Notes: generated by a model from the sequence alone, not told the origin. DNA of 64,000 nt from an uncultured Alphaproteobacteria bacterium (GCA_963846635.1 CAWJXM010000009.1:1889-65888); one strand, 5' to 3'; counted from the first letter of the stretch, positions 10,031 through 20,171 are shown. A program made the numbers and translations.

Positions 10031-10249
10031 GTGTCGGGGGGGCGATACTTAACTCGGTCTCGGAGGAGGGTATTAGCCGCCTGCTGTGTCTCCTTCGGCA
10101 TTCTGCTTTGGATCGCAGCGATTGCTCTGCGGCCAGCGCCGGCAAATGCGGGCGATGTCAACATCCCCCACATTCAGGCGCGGCTACTCGGAATCATTAT
10201 TGGAGGCGCATCGATCACGGTGGGCATCATCGTGATCGCCGCAGGCTGA
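10031..10249 (+). CDS. small hypothetical membrane protein
   Basis: 72-aa ORF with a GTG start and two hydrophobic segments (VLAACCVSFGILLWIAAIAL and LLGIIIGGASITVGIIVIAAG). I recognise no family. Confidence 0.3.
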   Translation: MSGGRYLTRSRRRVLAACCVSFGILLWIAAIALRPAPANAGDVNIPHIQARLLGIIIGGASITVGIIVIAAG

Positions 10250-10413
10250 TACCAAATCCTGATGATAAGGACCCATGCTCACCCCTGTCATTGCGAGGAG
10301 CGAAGTGACGAAGCAATCCCGTCCCGATCCGAGTGCGCACTGTCCGACGAGATTGCTTCGCTGCGCTCGCAATGACAACCACAGCATAGGTTCTGATCAG
10401 AGGGATTTGGTAT
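10249..10413. repeat. MITE/REP-like element with nested inverted repeats
   Basis: The outer inverted repeat is ataccaaatcc (10249-10259) paired with ggatttggtat (10403-10413). The inner imperfect repeat is gtcattgcgag...gaagcaatc (10287-10318) paired with gattgcttc...ctcgcaatgac (10351-10376). Confidence 0.5.
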
Positions 10414-10613
10414 GAGCCCTGCTTTCGACGGGCATGGCCATCAATTGCGCCGGCCCCGGGCAGCTCGCCGCAACTCTTTCGCTTTCCATTGGGCTGTTGC
10501 GACCTCCGGTCGCTCCCGCGACCGGCAATAGCCTTTAAACTTGGCACGCCGCTGAATTATAAGGCAAAAACGTCGGGCATAAAGTCCGACCTCGAACCTG
10601 ATGGGAGGAAACA

Positions 10614-11948
10614 ATGGTCATCTCCGTCGCCGACACCGGCGGCGCCCTGTCGGATCTCGAACATAGCCGGCAATTACGCCGTGCGGTGATCGCGAGCACG
10701 ATTGGCACGACGATCGAGTGGTACGATTTCTTTATCTACGGTACGGTCACCGGGCTTGTCTTTGCCAAGCTCTATTTCCCACAATCCGACCCGCTGGTCG
10801 GCACCTTGCAGGCTTTTGCGGTCTATGCTGTCGGCTTTGTCGCGCGGCCAATCGGCGCCGCGATTTTCGGCTATTATGGCGATCGGATCGGGCGCAAGGC
10901 GGCGCTGATCGCGACCTTGCTGCTGATGGGTTTGGCGACCTTTGCCGTCGCCTTTGTCCCAACCTATGCCAGCATCGGGATCTGGGGCGCGATCATCCTG
11001 ACCGTTTTGCGATTTGTTCAGGGTGTGGGCGTCGGCGGAGAGTGGGGCGGCTCGGTACTGTTGTCGATGGAATGGGCGCGCACCAGCAGCCATCGCGGCT
11101 TTGTCGCGTCCTGGCCACAGTTTGGCGTGCCGGCGGGGCTGTTTTTGGCGAACCTCATCGTCTTGGTGTTCAGCACGATTTCGGGTTCGAGTTTCCTCAG
11201 CTGGGGCTGGCGCATCCCGTTTGCGGTCAGCATCGTGCTCGTCGGGATTGGCCTCTATATAAGGCTTGGCATTCTCGAAACCCCAGTGTTCGCTCGTCTC
11301 GTCGTCGAAAACCGCATCGAGCGCAGCCCGATCGTCGAAGTCATCAAGCGTCATCCTAGAGAAATCATCTTGACTGCGCTGGCGCGAATGGGCGAACAGG
11401 CGCCATTTTACATCTTCACCGCGTTTGTTTTTACCTATGGGATCACAGCGCTGCACATGTCGCGCAACCTGCTGCTGATTGCAGTTTTGACCGCGGCGGT
11501 CGTTTCGTTCTTTACGATTCCTTATGCCGGTTATCTCTCTGACCGGATCGGCCGCCGGCGCATGTATATGATCGGCGCGGCGGCGACCGGGGTTTTCGGG
11601 TTTATATATTTCGCGCTGCTCGATACCGTTGTCCCAGGCTGGGTGTTTCTCGCGATCGTCTTGTCGCTGATCCCGCACGATATGATGTACGGGCCGCAGG
11701 CAGCGTTGATCGCCGAATGCTTTACCGGCCGACTGCGCTACAGCGGCGCCTCGCTTGGCTATCAACTGGCCTCGATCATTGCCGGCGGGCCGGCGCCGCT
11801 GATCGCGACGGCGTTGTTTGCCGCGTACAAATCCGGCTATGCGATCGCGCTCTTCATCTTCGGTTGCGCGGTAGTCAGCCTGATCTCGGCGGCCTTACTG
11901 CCCGACTATACCGGGCGCGACATCTCGGCCGAGTACGATCGGGTCTAA
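10614..11948 (+). CDS. MFS transporter, metabolite:H+ symporter (MHS; KgtP/ShiA/ProP-like) family
   Basis: N-terminal signature STIGTTIEWYDFFIYG plus GYYGDRIGRK. 444 aa. ggagga lies upstream of the ATG. Confidence 0.85.
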   Translation: MVISVADTGGALSDLEHSRQLRRAVIASTIGTTIEWYDFFIYGTVTGLVFAKLYFPQSDPLVGTLQAFAVYAVGFVARPIGAAIFGYYGDRIGRKAALIATLLLMGLATFAVAFVPTYASIGIWGAIILTVLRFVQGVGVGGEWGGSVLLSMEWARTSSHRGFVASWPQFGVPAGLFLANLIVLVFSTISGSSFLSWGWRIPFAVSIVLVGIGLYIRLGILETPVFARLVVENRIERSPIVEVIKRHPREIILTALARMGEQAPFYIFTAFVFTYGITALHMSRNLLLIAVLTAAVVSFFTIPYAGYLSDRIGRRRMYMIGAAATGVFGFIYFALLDTVVPGWVFLAIVLSLIPHDMMYGPQAALIAECFTGRLRYSGASLGYQLASIIAGGPAPLIATALFAAYKSGYAIALFIFGCAVVSLISAALLPDYTGRDISAEYDRV

Positions 11949-12098
11949 TCGACCGCTAGAATATCGAAACTTGACCGAGCAGCGGGCTTGGCAGGCTTTA
12001 GCGCCGCTGATAACTTCCTCAAAAGTAACAACTCCGGCGCTTTAGCGCGCCAGGAGTAGTGACCGTGCGGGCCCAACCGCCGACATTGTGGAGGAGAC

Positions 12099-13430
12099 AT
12101 GACCAGCGCTGAAATGACAGCCCCCGGCATCAGCGACGCCGAGCATCGCGCGCAATTGCGCCGCGCCCTGATCGCCAGCACGGTCGGAACGACGATCGAA
12201 TGGTACGACTTCCTGCTCTACGGCCAAGTGACTGCACTGGTCTTTGGACCGCTCTTCTTCCCCAAATCCACTCCCTTGGTCGGGGTTCTCCAGGCATTCG
12301 GCATCTTCTTTATCGGGTTTGTCGGCCGCCCGATTGGGGCGGCGATCTTCGGTCATTGGGGGGACCGAATCGGGCGCAAGGCGACCTTGATCGCGACCTT
12401 GCTGGTGTCCGGCATCGCAACCGTTGCCGTGGGTTTGGTACCGACCTACGTCAGCATTGGCATCTGGGCCCCGGTTCTGCTGACGGTCATTCGCCTGATC
12501 CAAGGGATCGGGGTCGGCGGCGAATGGGGGGGCTCGGTGCTACTGGCAATGGAATGGGCGCAAACCACCAAGCACCGTGGCTTTATCTCGTCCTGGCCGC
12601 AATTCGGCGCGCCGTTCGGGTTTTTCCTGGCCAATCTCGCGGTGCTGGTTTTCAGCTGGCTTTCCGGCGACCAGTTCCTGGTGTGGGGCTGGCGCATCCC
12701 GTTCCTGATCAGCATTATTATGGTTGGGATCGGGTTGTGGATCCGGCTCGGCATTCTCGAGACCCCGGTTTTCCAGAAGGTGATCGACGAAGAGCGCGTC
12801 GAACGGGTACCGGTACTCGAAGTCTTGAAGCGCCAGCCCAAACAGGTCGCGCTGACTGCGCTGCTGCGGCTGCCGGAGCAGGCGCCGGGTTATATCTTTG
12901 GCGCTTTCGTCTTCACCTACGGTACGACGGTGCTGGGCGCTCCGCGCAACTTTTTGTTGATTGCCGTGCTCGCCTCAGCCGTTCTGTCCTTCCTCTGGGT
13001 TCCGGTCGCCGGGCATCTGTCTGACCGCATCGGCCGCAGGCGCATGTATATCATCGGCTGCGTGTTCGTCGCAGTGTTCGGCTTCATCTACTTCGCCCTG
13101 CTCAATACCAAAGTACCGGGATTGATCTTCATCGCGATCGCGGTGTCGGGGCTGCCGATCATGACGATGTACGGCCCCGAAGCGGCGCTGATCGCGGAAG
13201 CATTCACTCCGCGGCTGCGCTACAGCGGCTGCTCGTTGGGCTATCAGCTCGCCTCGATCATCGCCGGCGGCCCCTCGCCGTTTATCGCCACAGCGCTGTT
13301 TGCCGCCTTTGCTTCTAGCGTTCCGATCGCGCTGTACATCCTCGGCTGCGCGGTGGTCGGCATAACCGCGACCGCGCTCCTGATGGACTACACGAACAAG
13401 GACATTTCCGCCGAATACGATCTAGTCTGA
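12099..13430 (+). CDS. MFS transporter, MHS family, tandem paralog
   Basis: STVGTTIEWYDFLLYG and GHWGDRIGRK are present. It is colinear with 10614-11948 over its full length. ggagga lies upstream of the ATG. Confidence 0.85.
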   Translation: MTSAEMTAPGISDAEHRAQLRRALIASTVGTTIEWYDFLLYGQVTALVFGPLFFPKSTPLVGVLQAFGIFFIGFVGRPIGAAIFGHWGDRIGRKATLIATLLVSGIATVAVGLVPTYVSIGIWAPVLLTVIRLIQGIGVGGEWGGSVLLAMEWAQTTKHRGFISSWPQFGAPFGFFLANLAVLVFSWLSGDQFLVWGWRIPFLISIIMVGIGLWIRLGILETPVFQKVIDEERVERVPVLEVLKRQPKQVALTALLRLPEQAPGYIFGAFVFTYGTTVLGAPRNFLLIAVLASAVLSFLWVPVAGHLSDRIGRRRMYIIGCVFVAVFGFIYFALLNTKVPGLIFIAIAVSGLPIMTMYGPEAALIAEAFTPRLRYSGCSLGYQLASIIAGGPSPFIATALFAAFASSVPIALYILGCAVVGITATALLMDYTNKDISAEYDLV

Positions 13431-13628
13431 TTGCGTTCGTTTGATCTGGGCCGTCCCGGTCCATCGGGCAGTTGAACTTTGCTGCCGTCGGGGCGGCGAG
13501 GGACCCGTCGGTGCTCGGATTGGGGCGGTCTGCAGCACGATGCGCGCGTGGCAAACATGGTTTTGCCGGCTGTTCCGGCCGGCACGATTGCCGGCAATCC
13601 CCCTTCGCTTACCCGGTAAGCTACCGAC

Positions 13629-14537
13629 ATGTTCGATGTGCAAGCGACGATGCGGAATGGCGAAATCCTGTGCTACGGTGTTGTAGCTACAGCGGCATTT
13701 GGAACGGCATTGATCGACAGCGCACGCCTCGGATTGCCCGATCTTGAACCGGGGCATGTCTGGCTGGTCGGGGCTGGTCCCGGCGATCCCGGACTATTGT
13801 CTGCATTGGCCTTGCATGCGCTCAGGCAGGCCGATGTCGTCGTTTATGACGCGCTCGTCGACCCCCGGATTTTGCGCCTCGCTCGGCCTGCTGCCGCGCT
13901 CGATTATGCCGGCAAGCGCGGCGGCCGGCCTTCGCCAAGCCAGCCCGACATCTCGGCGCGGATCATTCGCCTTGCGCGCGAGCAAAAGCGGGTGCTGCGC
14001 CTCAAGGGCGGTGATCCTTTTGTCTTCGGGCGGGGCGCGGAAGAAGCGCTGGCGCTCGTCGCCGCCGGAATCCCATTTCGCATCGTTCCCGGGATCACTT
14101 CCGGGATCGGCGGCCTCGCCTATGCCGGAATTCCGGTCACCCACCGGCAGACAAATTCGGCGGTAACCTTTGTCACCGGCCACAACAGCGCCGGCGCGGT
14201 GCCCGACGGTCTCGATTGGAAGGCGATCGCCCGCGGCTCGCCGGTGCTCGTGCTCTACATGGCGCTAAAGCACCTGCCTTCGATTGTCGGACGGCTGATC
14301 GCGGCAGGCCGGGCAGGCGACGAGCCGGCCGCAATCGTCAGCAATGCAAGCACACCCGACCAGCAAGTACTGGTCTCCACCTTGCAGGAGATTTCTCAGC
14401 GTTCCTTGTCGGCCCCGACGCCGGCAATCATCGTGGTGGGCGAAGTGGTGCGGCTGCGCGCGGGTCTCGACTGGCTGGGCGCACGCGACGGACGGCAGCT
14501 CGATCCCAACCCGCTCAAGCGAGAGGATCGGCGCTGA
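13629..14537 (+). CDS. cobA: uroporphyrinogen-III C-methyltransferase (SUMT)
   Basis: Motifs VWLVGAGPGDPGLL, VVVYDALV, RLKGGDPFVFGRGAEE and VPGITS are present. The start is uncertain and an internal start up to ~13710 is possible. Confidence 0.85.
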   Translation: MFDVQATMRNGEILCYGVVATAAFGTALIDSARLGLPDLEPGHVWLVGAGPGDPGLLSALALHALRQADVVVYDALVDPRILRLARPAAALDYAGKRGGRPSPSQPDISARIIRLAREQKRVLRLKGGDPFVFGRGAEEALALVAAGIPFRIVPGITSGIGGLAYAGIPVTHRQTNSAVTFVTGHNSAGAVPDGLDWKAIARGSPVLVLYMALKHLPSIVGRLIAAGRAGDEPAAIVSNASTPDQQVLVSTLQEISQRSLSAPTPAIIVVGEVVRLRAGLDWLGARDGRQLDPNPLKREDRR

Positions 14538-14814
14538 CACCAGGATATTTGCCGGTCATGGCGCCATCGCGCGCGGAGGCTTGTTAGTTTTCTTGTCGGC
14601 CTTGCGTTTCTTGCAGGGCCAAAGCCCAGGGGAACAGAGGGGAAAGTGCGCCTTGGGGATGGCGTAAAAGCCAAGGTGCATACAGGAACCTGTTGTCATA
14701 TCTGGATCGGCTCAACGGAGATTGCTGCTTGATTATTTTTCCCTTGAGATTGTCGCACGACACGATTGACGAAGCGAGCCGCCGCTACGCGGCTCAGAGG
14801 CCACGATTTCCGGC

Positions 14815-16017
14815 ATGATGACGGATGTGCTCGACCGCTGGCGGCAGCCGCCAAGCGCCGAGTATCTGATCGCCAAAGCCCAGCGCCAGACGGGTTTGAG
14901 CGATTTCGGCGACCTGCCCTTCGAGCAGCCGATGCGCCTCCTGCTGCAGGCTTGTCGCGAGGAAGCTGAACTGAGCCTGTTCGGCGGTGCTGCAATCCGC
15001 TGGGATACGGTGCGGTTCCTCGGAAACCTGCTCCGTTTGCGCGACGAGGAAAAGCGCTGCCCTGAGATCCTCGATCAACCGATCGAGGCACCGATCGTGA
15101 TCGCCGGTCTGCCCCGCTCGGGCACAACCTTTCTGCATAGCCTGCTGGCTGAGGATCCAGCGAACATCGTGCCGCGCGTTTGGCAGCTGATCCATCCTTA
15201 TCCCTCGCCCCGAGACCAAAAGCGGGAGGCGATCGATCGGCGGGAACAGCGGGTGGCCCGGCAATTGAAGATGTTCCAGATCTTGGCGCCGAGATTTCGT
15301 CGGCTGCATCCGATCACGGCGTCGTCGCCGCAGGAATGCTCGGAGATTACCGCGCACGTGTTTGCCAGCCTGCGTTTTGACACCACCTATCGAATTCCAA
15401 GCTACCGACGCTGGCTCGACAATGCCGGACATCTCGACGCTTACCGCTTTCACAAGCGGTTCCTGCAGCATTTGCAGCACCAATGCGGGAAGGGTCGTCG
15501 GTGGGTACTCAAATGCCCCGATCACATTTTCGCGCTCGGGGCGCTGCGCAGCGTCTACCCCGATGTCAATCTGGTGTTCGTGCATCGCGATCCGGTCGCC
15601 GTGCTCGCTTCGGTCGCAAGGCTCACCGAGGTATTGCGCCGGCCCTTTGGTCGGCACGTCGAGCGCTTCGAAGTCGGCCGCGAGGACAGTGACCGGTGGC
15701 TCGCGGCAGCCGAATTGATGATCGATGCGGCCGACGATGACAGGCTCGAACCGCCGATTTTTCATGTTCGCTACCTGGATCTTGTCGCCGACCCCGCGGC
15801 AACCATAGCCGCGCTCTATCGCTATTTTGGCCGCGCGCTCGATCCCGATACAGCGGCTCGCATCAAGCACCGAGTGGCTGCAAACCCTAATGGCGGCTAC
15901 GGCGGCCGTCGTGCGCGGCTCGAGGATTACGGGCTTGATCCCGGTCGCGAGCATCAACGCTATGCCCGCTATATGGCGCGTTTCGGGATTGCTCCAGAGC
16001 CGGGCCGTATTCGCTGA
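14815..16017 (+). CDS. sulfotransferase family protein
   Basis: A PAPS-binding 5'-PSB loop (GLPRSGTTFLHSLL) is present in a 400-aa soluble ORF with coherent composition. Confidence 0.75.
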   Translation: MMTDVLDRWRQPPSAEYLIAKAQRQTGLSDFGDLPFEQPMRLLLQACREEAELSLFGGAAIRWDTVRFLGNLLRLRDEEKRCPEILDQPIEAPIVIAGLPRSGTTFLHSLLAEDPANIVPRVWQLIHPYPSPRDQKREAIDRREQRVARQLKMFQILAPRFRRLHPITASSPQECSEITAHVFASLRFDTTYRIPSYRRWLDNAGHLDAYRFHKRFLQHLQHQCGKGRRWVLKCPDHIFALGALRSVYPDVNLVFVHRDPVAVLASVARLTEVLRRPFGRHVERFEVGREDSDRWLAAAELMIDAADDDRLEPPIFHVRYLDLVADPAATIAALYRYFGRALDPDTAARIKHRVAANPNGGYGGRRARLEDYGLDPGREHQRYARYMARFGIAPEPGRIR

Positions 16018-16040
16018 TCTTTCAGACTGGCTCCGCTCCG

Positions 16041-18695
16041 CTAATCGCGGCGCTCACAGTCGAAGCCACGACCGAGGGCAGAGCCGGATAGGGCGGGGGT
16101 CGCGGGGTCTTTGGGAACCGGCCGAGGCATCGCGGCGAGCAGGGCAGGGATGAACATCAGGCTTGCAACAAGCGTGCAGCCAAGACTGATCAGAAGTAGC
16201 TGCCCCATGCTCGCCGTTCCCGGGTGAGCCGATAAGGCAAGCGAACCGAACGCGGTTCCGGTGGTCAAGGCCGAGAACAGGATTGCCCGCGCCGTCGCCG
16301 AGCCCAGCATAGCGGTGCGTCCTGCCCGCCAGTTCATGACAAAATAGATGTTGAACGACACTCCCACGCCCAACAACAGCGGTAGCGCGATGATGTTCGC
16401 GTAGTTGAGCGGCAAGGGAAGGGCGACCATCACGATGACCGTCATCAGCGCCGATAACAGCAACGGCGCTAGCACCAGCGCGGCATCGAGCAGGCGGCGC
16501 AACGCGACAAACAGGATGACTGCAATTGCCACGACCGCCGCGATCGCCGCTGATCGGAACGAGCCGACAATGGTCGCGCTGGTCGCTTCGATCGTCACCG
16601 CCGGACCGCCGGCATTAGGGGCCACGCTGGTCACCTCGTGGACAAATTCAGCGAGACCGCTGGTGGTGCGTGCCGCGGGCTTTGGCAAAACCTGGATGCG
16701 CGCCCGCCCGTCGGGCAGCACCCAGTCCCGCGCGAGCGAAGCCGGGATGCTCTGCAAAGTGGCGGGCGCGGCAGAGAGTGCGGTGCGCAATTGCTCGAGC
16801 TGCATCGGCAGAAAGCGTATCAGCGCCTCGTTGACCGCCATGATCTGATTGTTGGATGCGGCGACGAGCTGCCGCAGATCGCGTTCAAGCGCCGCGAGCT
16901 GTGGATCGGTCGATTTGCCAACTACCGGAGCGATCTCTTGCGCAGCGTTGTCGGCAGCCGCACGGATTTGGTCGGCAGAGGGCGCAGGAGTCTCTTTGAT
17001 CGGCGTCAGCGTCGGGCCGAGAAGCAGGGCGGCATCCTGGATTTGCGACATCTTCTGTCGCTGGTCCTTGGGCACGAAGCTATTGATTGACAAGACGCTT
17101 GAGACCAGAGGCAATTTGTCGAGCCGTTCCGATAGGGCCGCTGCATCGGCGGCGTTCGGCGACAGGATGTCGATCGTGAATGGATTGGTGACGGGCGAGT
17201 TGATCAAGTCATTGAGTGTCTTCATCGCCTCGGTATTGGGATTCTTGGTATGCAGCGGGTTTGCGTCAAAGCTCAGCCGCGGCACCAGGACGGCACCGAG
17301 GATGGCCACAGCCGCAAACCCGGCGAGCAGCGGGAAACGCCGGCGGCGCACGACATTGTCGAGCGGCGCCGCCCAGCGAAAACCGACCTCGGCCGGCTCG
17401 CCGCGGGGCCGAAACGCGGTGATCAGGGCTGGCAGAAATGTCAGCGTGCAAACAAACGCAATTAGCATGCCCACCCCGGCAATCAAGCCGAGTTCGGCGA
17501 CCCCGCGGAAGTCAGTCGGCACAAAGGCAAGAAACCCGGCCGCGGTCGCCGCCGCCGCGACCAGGATCTGACCGCCAACTCGCCGCCCGGTTTCCCTCAG
17601 CGCCGCTACTGGATCGGGGGCTTCCCGCCTGATTTCGCGATAGCGGACAGAGAATTGGATCGCAAAATCCACGGCGATGCCGACAAACAAGATGCCGAAC
17701 CCCACCGAGACCAAATTCAAGGTTCCGACGGCCGCCGCCGCGAACTGCACCGTCAGCATCAAGCCAAGCCCAAGCGTCAGCAAGATCGGCACGATCAGCC
17801 GCCAGGACCGCACCGCCAAAAACAGCCACAACGAAATCAGCACGATGCTACCGGCCAGCCCGTAGACGGTGCCCTCCGCGACCGAGGCGAATTCCTCATC
17901 AGCCAAGGCCACATTGCCGGTGATGCGGACGCGGGCCTGACCGGATTCGACAAACGGAAGTTTTGCAGCGGCGGCGCGAATTGCGGCCGTCGCAGCCCCC
18001 CCCGGTTCGAGCGCGTTATTGTTGATTACAGCCTGCGCCAGGACGAATTTGTAGGGGCCGCCGAGATCGGCAACGCCGCCGCCCAGCAGGCGCTCCCATG
18101 ACAAGGGTTGCGGATGACCATCGAGTGCGGACGCGATCGTATGGTCGAACCCCTCCAGCGCGCTGTCATAGGGTTTCAGATCGACCTGGCCCTGCTGCAA
18201 TCCCTTGCCCATCAGTGCGAGCGCACCAAAAAGACCGCGCGCGCTCGGGTCCTTCGCTAGTTGGCCGAGGAAGGGTTGCGCATTGATCACTCGATCGAGC
18301 ACTTTTTCGAGCTTTTTGGGACCGAGAAACAGCAACCCCTCTTTTTTCAGAAAGGGCGAGGCGTCAGGGCGGCTGACCGAGCGGAAATGCGCGTGGTCCT
18401 TGGCGAGCGCTGCCGCCAGATCGGCCGCGGTCGCCTCCGCTTCTTCTGGCGCTTTCGCGTCGATGACAACGACCAAGAGATCGGTAAATTGTGGAAATTC
18501 AGCCTGAAATGCCAAGGCTCGCTGCCGCCAGGGAAGGCTTGCCGCGAACATCTTGTCGGTATCGGTGCTGACCCGGAGGTGGCTGGCGGCATAAACGCCG
18601 GAAAACGCCGCGAGAATCGCGGCCGCCCCGATGACCAGCACCGCATGGCGTCGGCAAAAGTCTACAAGGCCGACGAGCAAGCGCTGAAATCGCAT
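16041..18695 (-). CDS. RND/MMPL-family transporter (HpnN-like)
   Basis: ~885 aa with two blocks of about 6 TM segments separated by large soluble loops. The N-terminus MRFQRLLVGLVDFCRRHAVLVIGAAAIL is typical. I prefer ATG 18695 over the listed start at 18851. Confidence 0.8.
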   Translation of the reverse strand: MRFQRLLVGLVDFCRRHAVLVIGAAAILAAFSGVYAASHLRVSTDTDKMFAASLPWRQRALAFQAEFPQFTDLLVVVIDAKAPEEAEATAADLAAALAKDHAHFRSVSRPDASPFLKKEGLLFLGPKKLEKVLDRVINAQPFLGQLAKDPSARGLFGALALMGKGLQQGQVDLKPYDSALEGFDHTIASALDGHPQPLSWERLLGGGVADLGGPYKFVLAQAVINNNALEPGGAATAAIRAAAAKLPFVESGQARVRITGNVALADEEFASVAEGTVYGLAGSIVLISLWLFLAVRSWRLIVPILLTLGLGLMLTVQFAAAAVGTLNLVSVGFGILFVGIAVDFAIQFSVRYREIRREAPDPVAALRETGRRVGGQILVAAAATAAGFLAFVPTDFRGVAELGLIAGVGMLIAFVCTLTFLPALITAFRPRGEPAEVGFRWAAPLDNVVRRRRFPLLAGFAAVAILGAVLVPRLSFDANPLHTKNPNTEAMKTLNDLINSPVTNPFTIDILSPNAADAAALSERLDKLPLVSSVLSINSFVPKDQRQKMSQIQDAALLLGPTLTPIKETPAPSADQIRAAADNAAQEIAPVVGKSTDPQLAALERDLRQLVAASNNQIMAVNEALIRFLPMQLEQLRTALSAAPATLQSIPASLARDWVLPDGRARIQVLPKPAARTTSGLAEFVHEVTSVAPNAGGPAVTIEATSATIVGSFRSAAIAAVVAIAVILFVALRRLLDAALVLAPLLLSALMTVIVMVALPLPLNYANIIALPLLLGVGVSFNIYFVMNWRAGRTAMLGSATARAILFSALTTGTAFGSLALSAHPGTASMGQLLLISLGCTLVASLMFIPALLAAMPRPVPKDPATPALSGSALGRGFDCERRD

Positions 18696-19036
18696 GCGAA
18701 ACCGAGCTCGTGATTTGTTGCGTGGGGCCTCGGGGTGATGGCGGCCTCTCCGGCTCGATAGTGCGGGCCGCCTTGGTCGATCCGGAAGCTCCGGACCCGA
18801 GGCGATAATGGGTAAAGATTGGCGATGCCATCGTAAAAAACACCGGCGCATGCGGCGACCTGCCGCAGTGCTCCGCGGACACGAGCCTGCCCGCAGTTAG
18901 GGAATTTTGCAAAAAAAGCGATATTCTGCCGACCTACCAGCGGAATAAAACCGTCCTTAATAAAGTCATGCTAATGTCAAATCCGGCTCCGCCTTGGCGC
19001 TGGTGATGGCTCGTTTTGCTGACATGAGATGCATTC

Positions 19037-19411
19037 ATGACGCCGCCGCACCTCCAGATCAATCCGTCTGAGATCGTGTTACCGCCGGCGGATACGAAGC
19101 GATGGTCGCCATCCAGGAAAGCTGCGGTCGTGGCCGCCACGCGCGCCAGATTGATCAGCCGTGAAGAGGCCTGCGCGCGTTACGTGATGTCCGATGAAGA
19201 ACTTGCCGAGTGGGAGCGCGCCTATGACCAGAATGGCGTTCCCGGGCTGCGCACTACGCGATTGCAATCCTATCGCCATACCCAGATCCCGAGCGATGGC
19301 CGCCGCCAGCGGCAGGTTGAGCAGAGGCTGCTTCGTTATCGCCAGCCCACCGGGGCAGCTGCGGGTGAGACACCGGTTGCGAGCGATCCCCGGGTGCCCC
19401 CGCCGTTGTAA
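19037..19411 (+). CDS. DUF1153 / SciP-like small HTH protein
   Basis: TKRWSPSRKAAVVAATRARLISREEACARYVMSDEELAEWERAYDQNGVPGLRTTRLQSYR matches the DUF1153 pattern as I recall it. The C-terminal ~35-aa tail is atypical. Confidence 0.65.
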   Translation: MTPPHLQINPSEIVLPPADTKRWSPSRKAAVVAATRARLISREEACARYVMSDEELAEWERAYDQNGVPGLRTTRLQSYRHTQIPSDGRRQRQVEQRLLRYRQPTGAAAGETPVASDPRVPPPL

Positions 19412-19414
19412 ACC

Positions 19415-19708
19415 ATGAATAGCAGCAGGATAGAGCTGTTCTCATTTTTCAATGATGCGCGCTGGAATGAGACGGGGGGCGGCGTGGAATTCGGAGTCGC
19501 GATTGGCGAGTATCGGGGGGTGGTTCGCGTTCCGCGAAGGACATTCCAACGATTGCTCGCCGGACCCGTGACTCCAAAGAGCTGTCTCGAAGCATTCTAT
19601 TTTAATCGATCTGCGTTCGAGCGCGCCGCCGAGACAAAGCTGCGGGCGTACCAACTGACCGATGACGGCAATGTCGAGCTGAACGCCCGCGATCTGGAGA
19701 TGGCGTGA
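19415..19708 (+). CDS. DUF1488-family protein
   Basis: ARWNETGGGVEFGVAIGEYRGVVRVPRRTFQRLL is present. It starts 4 nt after the upstream gene. A paralog lies at 43238-43528. Confidence 0.6.
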   Translation: MNSSRIELFSFFNDARWNETGGGVEFGVAIGEYRGVVRVPRRTFQRLLAGPVTPKSCLEAFYFNRSAFERAAETKLRAYQLTDDGNVELNARDLEMA

Positions 19709-19748
19709 GGAGGGGAGTAGGACCAGGAGCGGTCGCCGAAGCGGGGAA

Positions 19749-20171
19749 TTAGGACGACTCGGTCTCGATCTCCGCCATTTCGCAGATGATTTGCCACTCG
19801 CGATCGGTAACCGGGCACACCGACAGTCGTGACTGACGTAACAGCGACATTCCGGACAGCTCGGGTTCCGCTTTTATTTCCGCCAGGGTCACGGGTTTTT
19901 TAACAGCTCTAACCGGCTTGATATCAATCATGCCGAGCTTGCCGCTCTTGTCATTGGGTTCGGGATAAAAGCTGCGGACGATCTCGGCTATTCCGACGAT
20001 GTCCTTGCCCGCGTTTGAGTGATAAAAAAACACCCGTTCGCCGGGTTTCATGGCACGCAAATTGGCGAGCGCCTGCGCGTTCTTGACGCCATCCCAGTTG
20101 GTGCGGCCGTCAGCGACGAGCCGGTCCCAAGAATAGACCGACGGTTCCGATTTCAATAACCAATGCGCCAT
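19749..20171 (-). CDS. EVE (PUA-like) domain protein
   Basis: MAHWLLKSEPSVYSWDRL...WDGVKNAQALANLRAMKPGERVFFYHS is the typical EVE-domain N-terminus. 140 aa. Confidence 0.8.
   Translation of the reverse strand: MAHWLLKSEPSVYSWDRLVADGRTNWDGVKNAQALANLRAMKPGERVFFYHSNAGKDIVGIAEIVRSFYPEPNDKSGKLGMIDIKPVRAVKKPVTLAEIKAEPELSGMSLLRQSRLSVCPVTDREWQIICEMAEIETESS

Noticed and set aside
13431-13628. Possible cobalamin riboswitch upstream of cobA
   Set aside because: I could not find a B12-box-like core or the expected multi-stem layout by eye, only short local hairpins. An Infernal scan would be needed to overturn this.
16405-18713. Multiple 60-240-aa plus-strand ORFs inside the RND/MMPL gene
   Set aside because: They show the same high-GC shadow-ORF pattern with no recognisable motifs. 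The minus-strand 885-aa transporter explains the region.
18852-19036. CtrA-type TTAA-N7-TTAA box upstream of the SciP-like gene
   Set aside because: Only an isolated TTAA (ccTTAAtaaagtc) is present, and the second half-site at the right spacing is absent.
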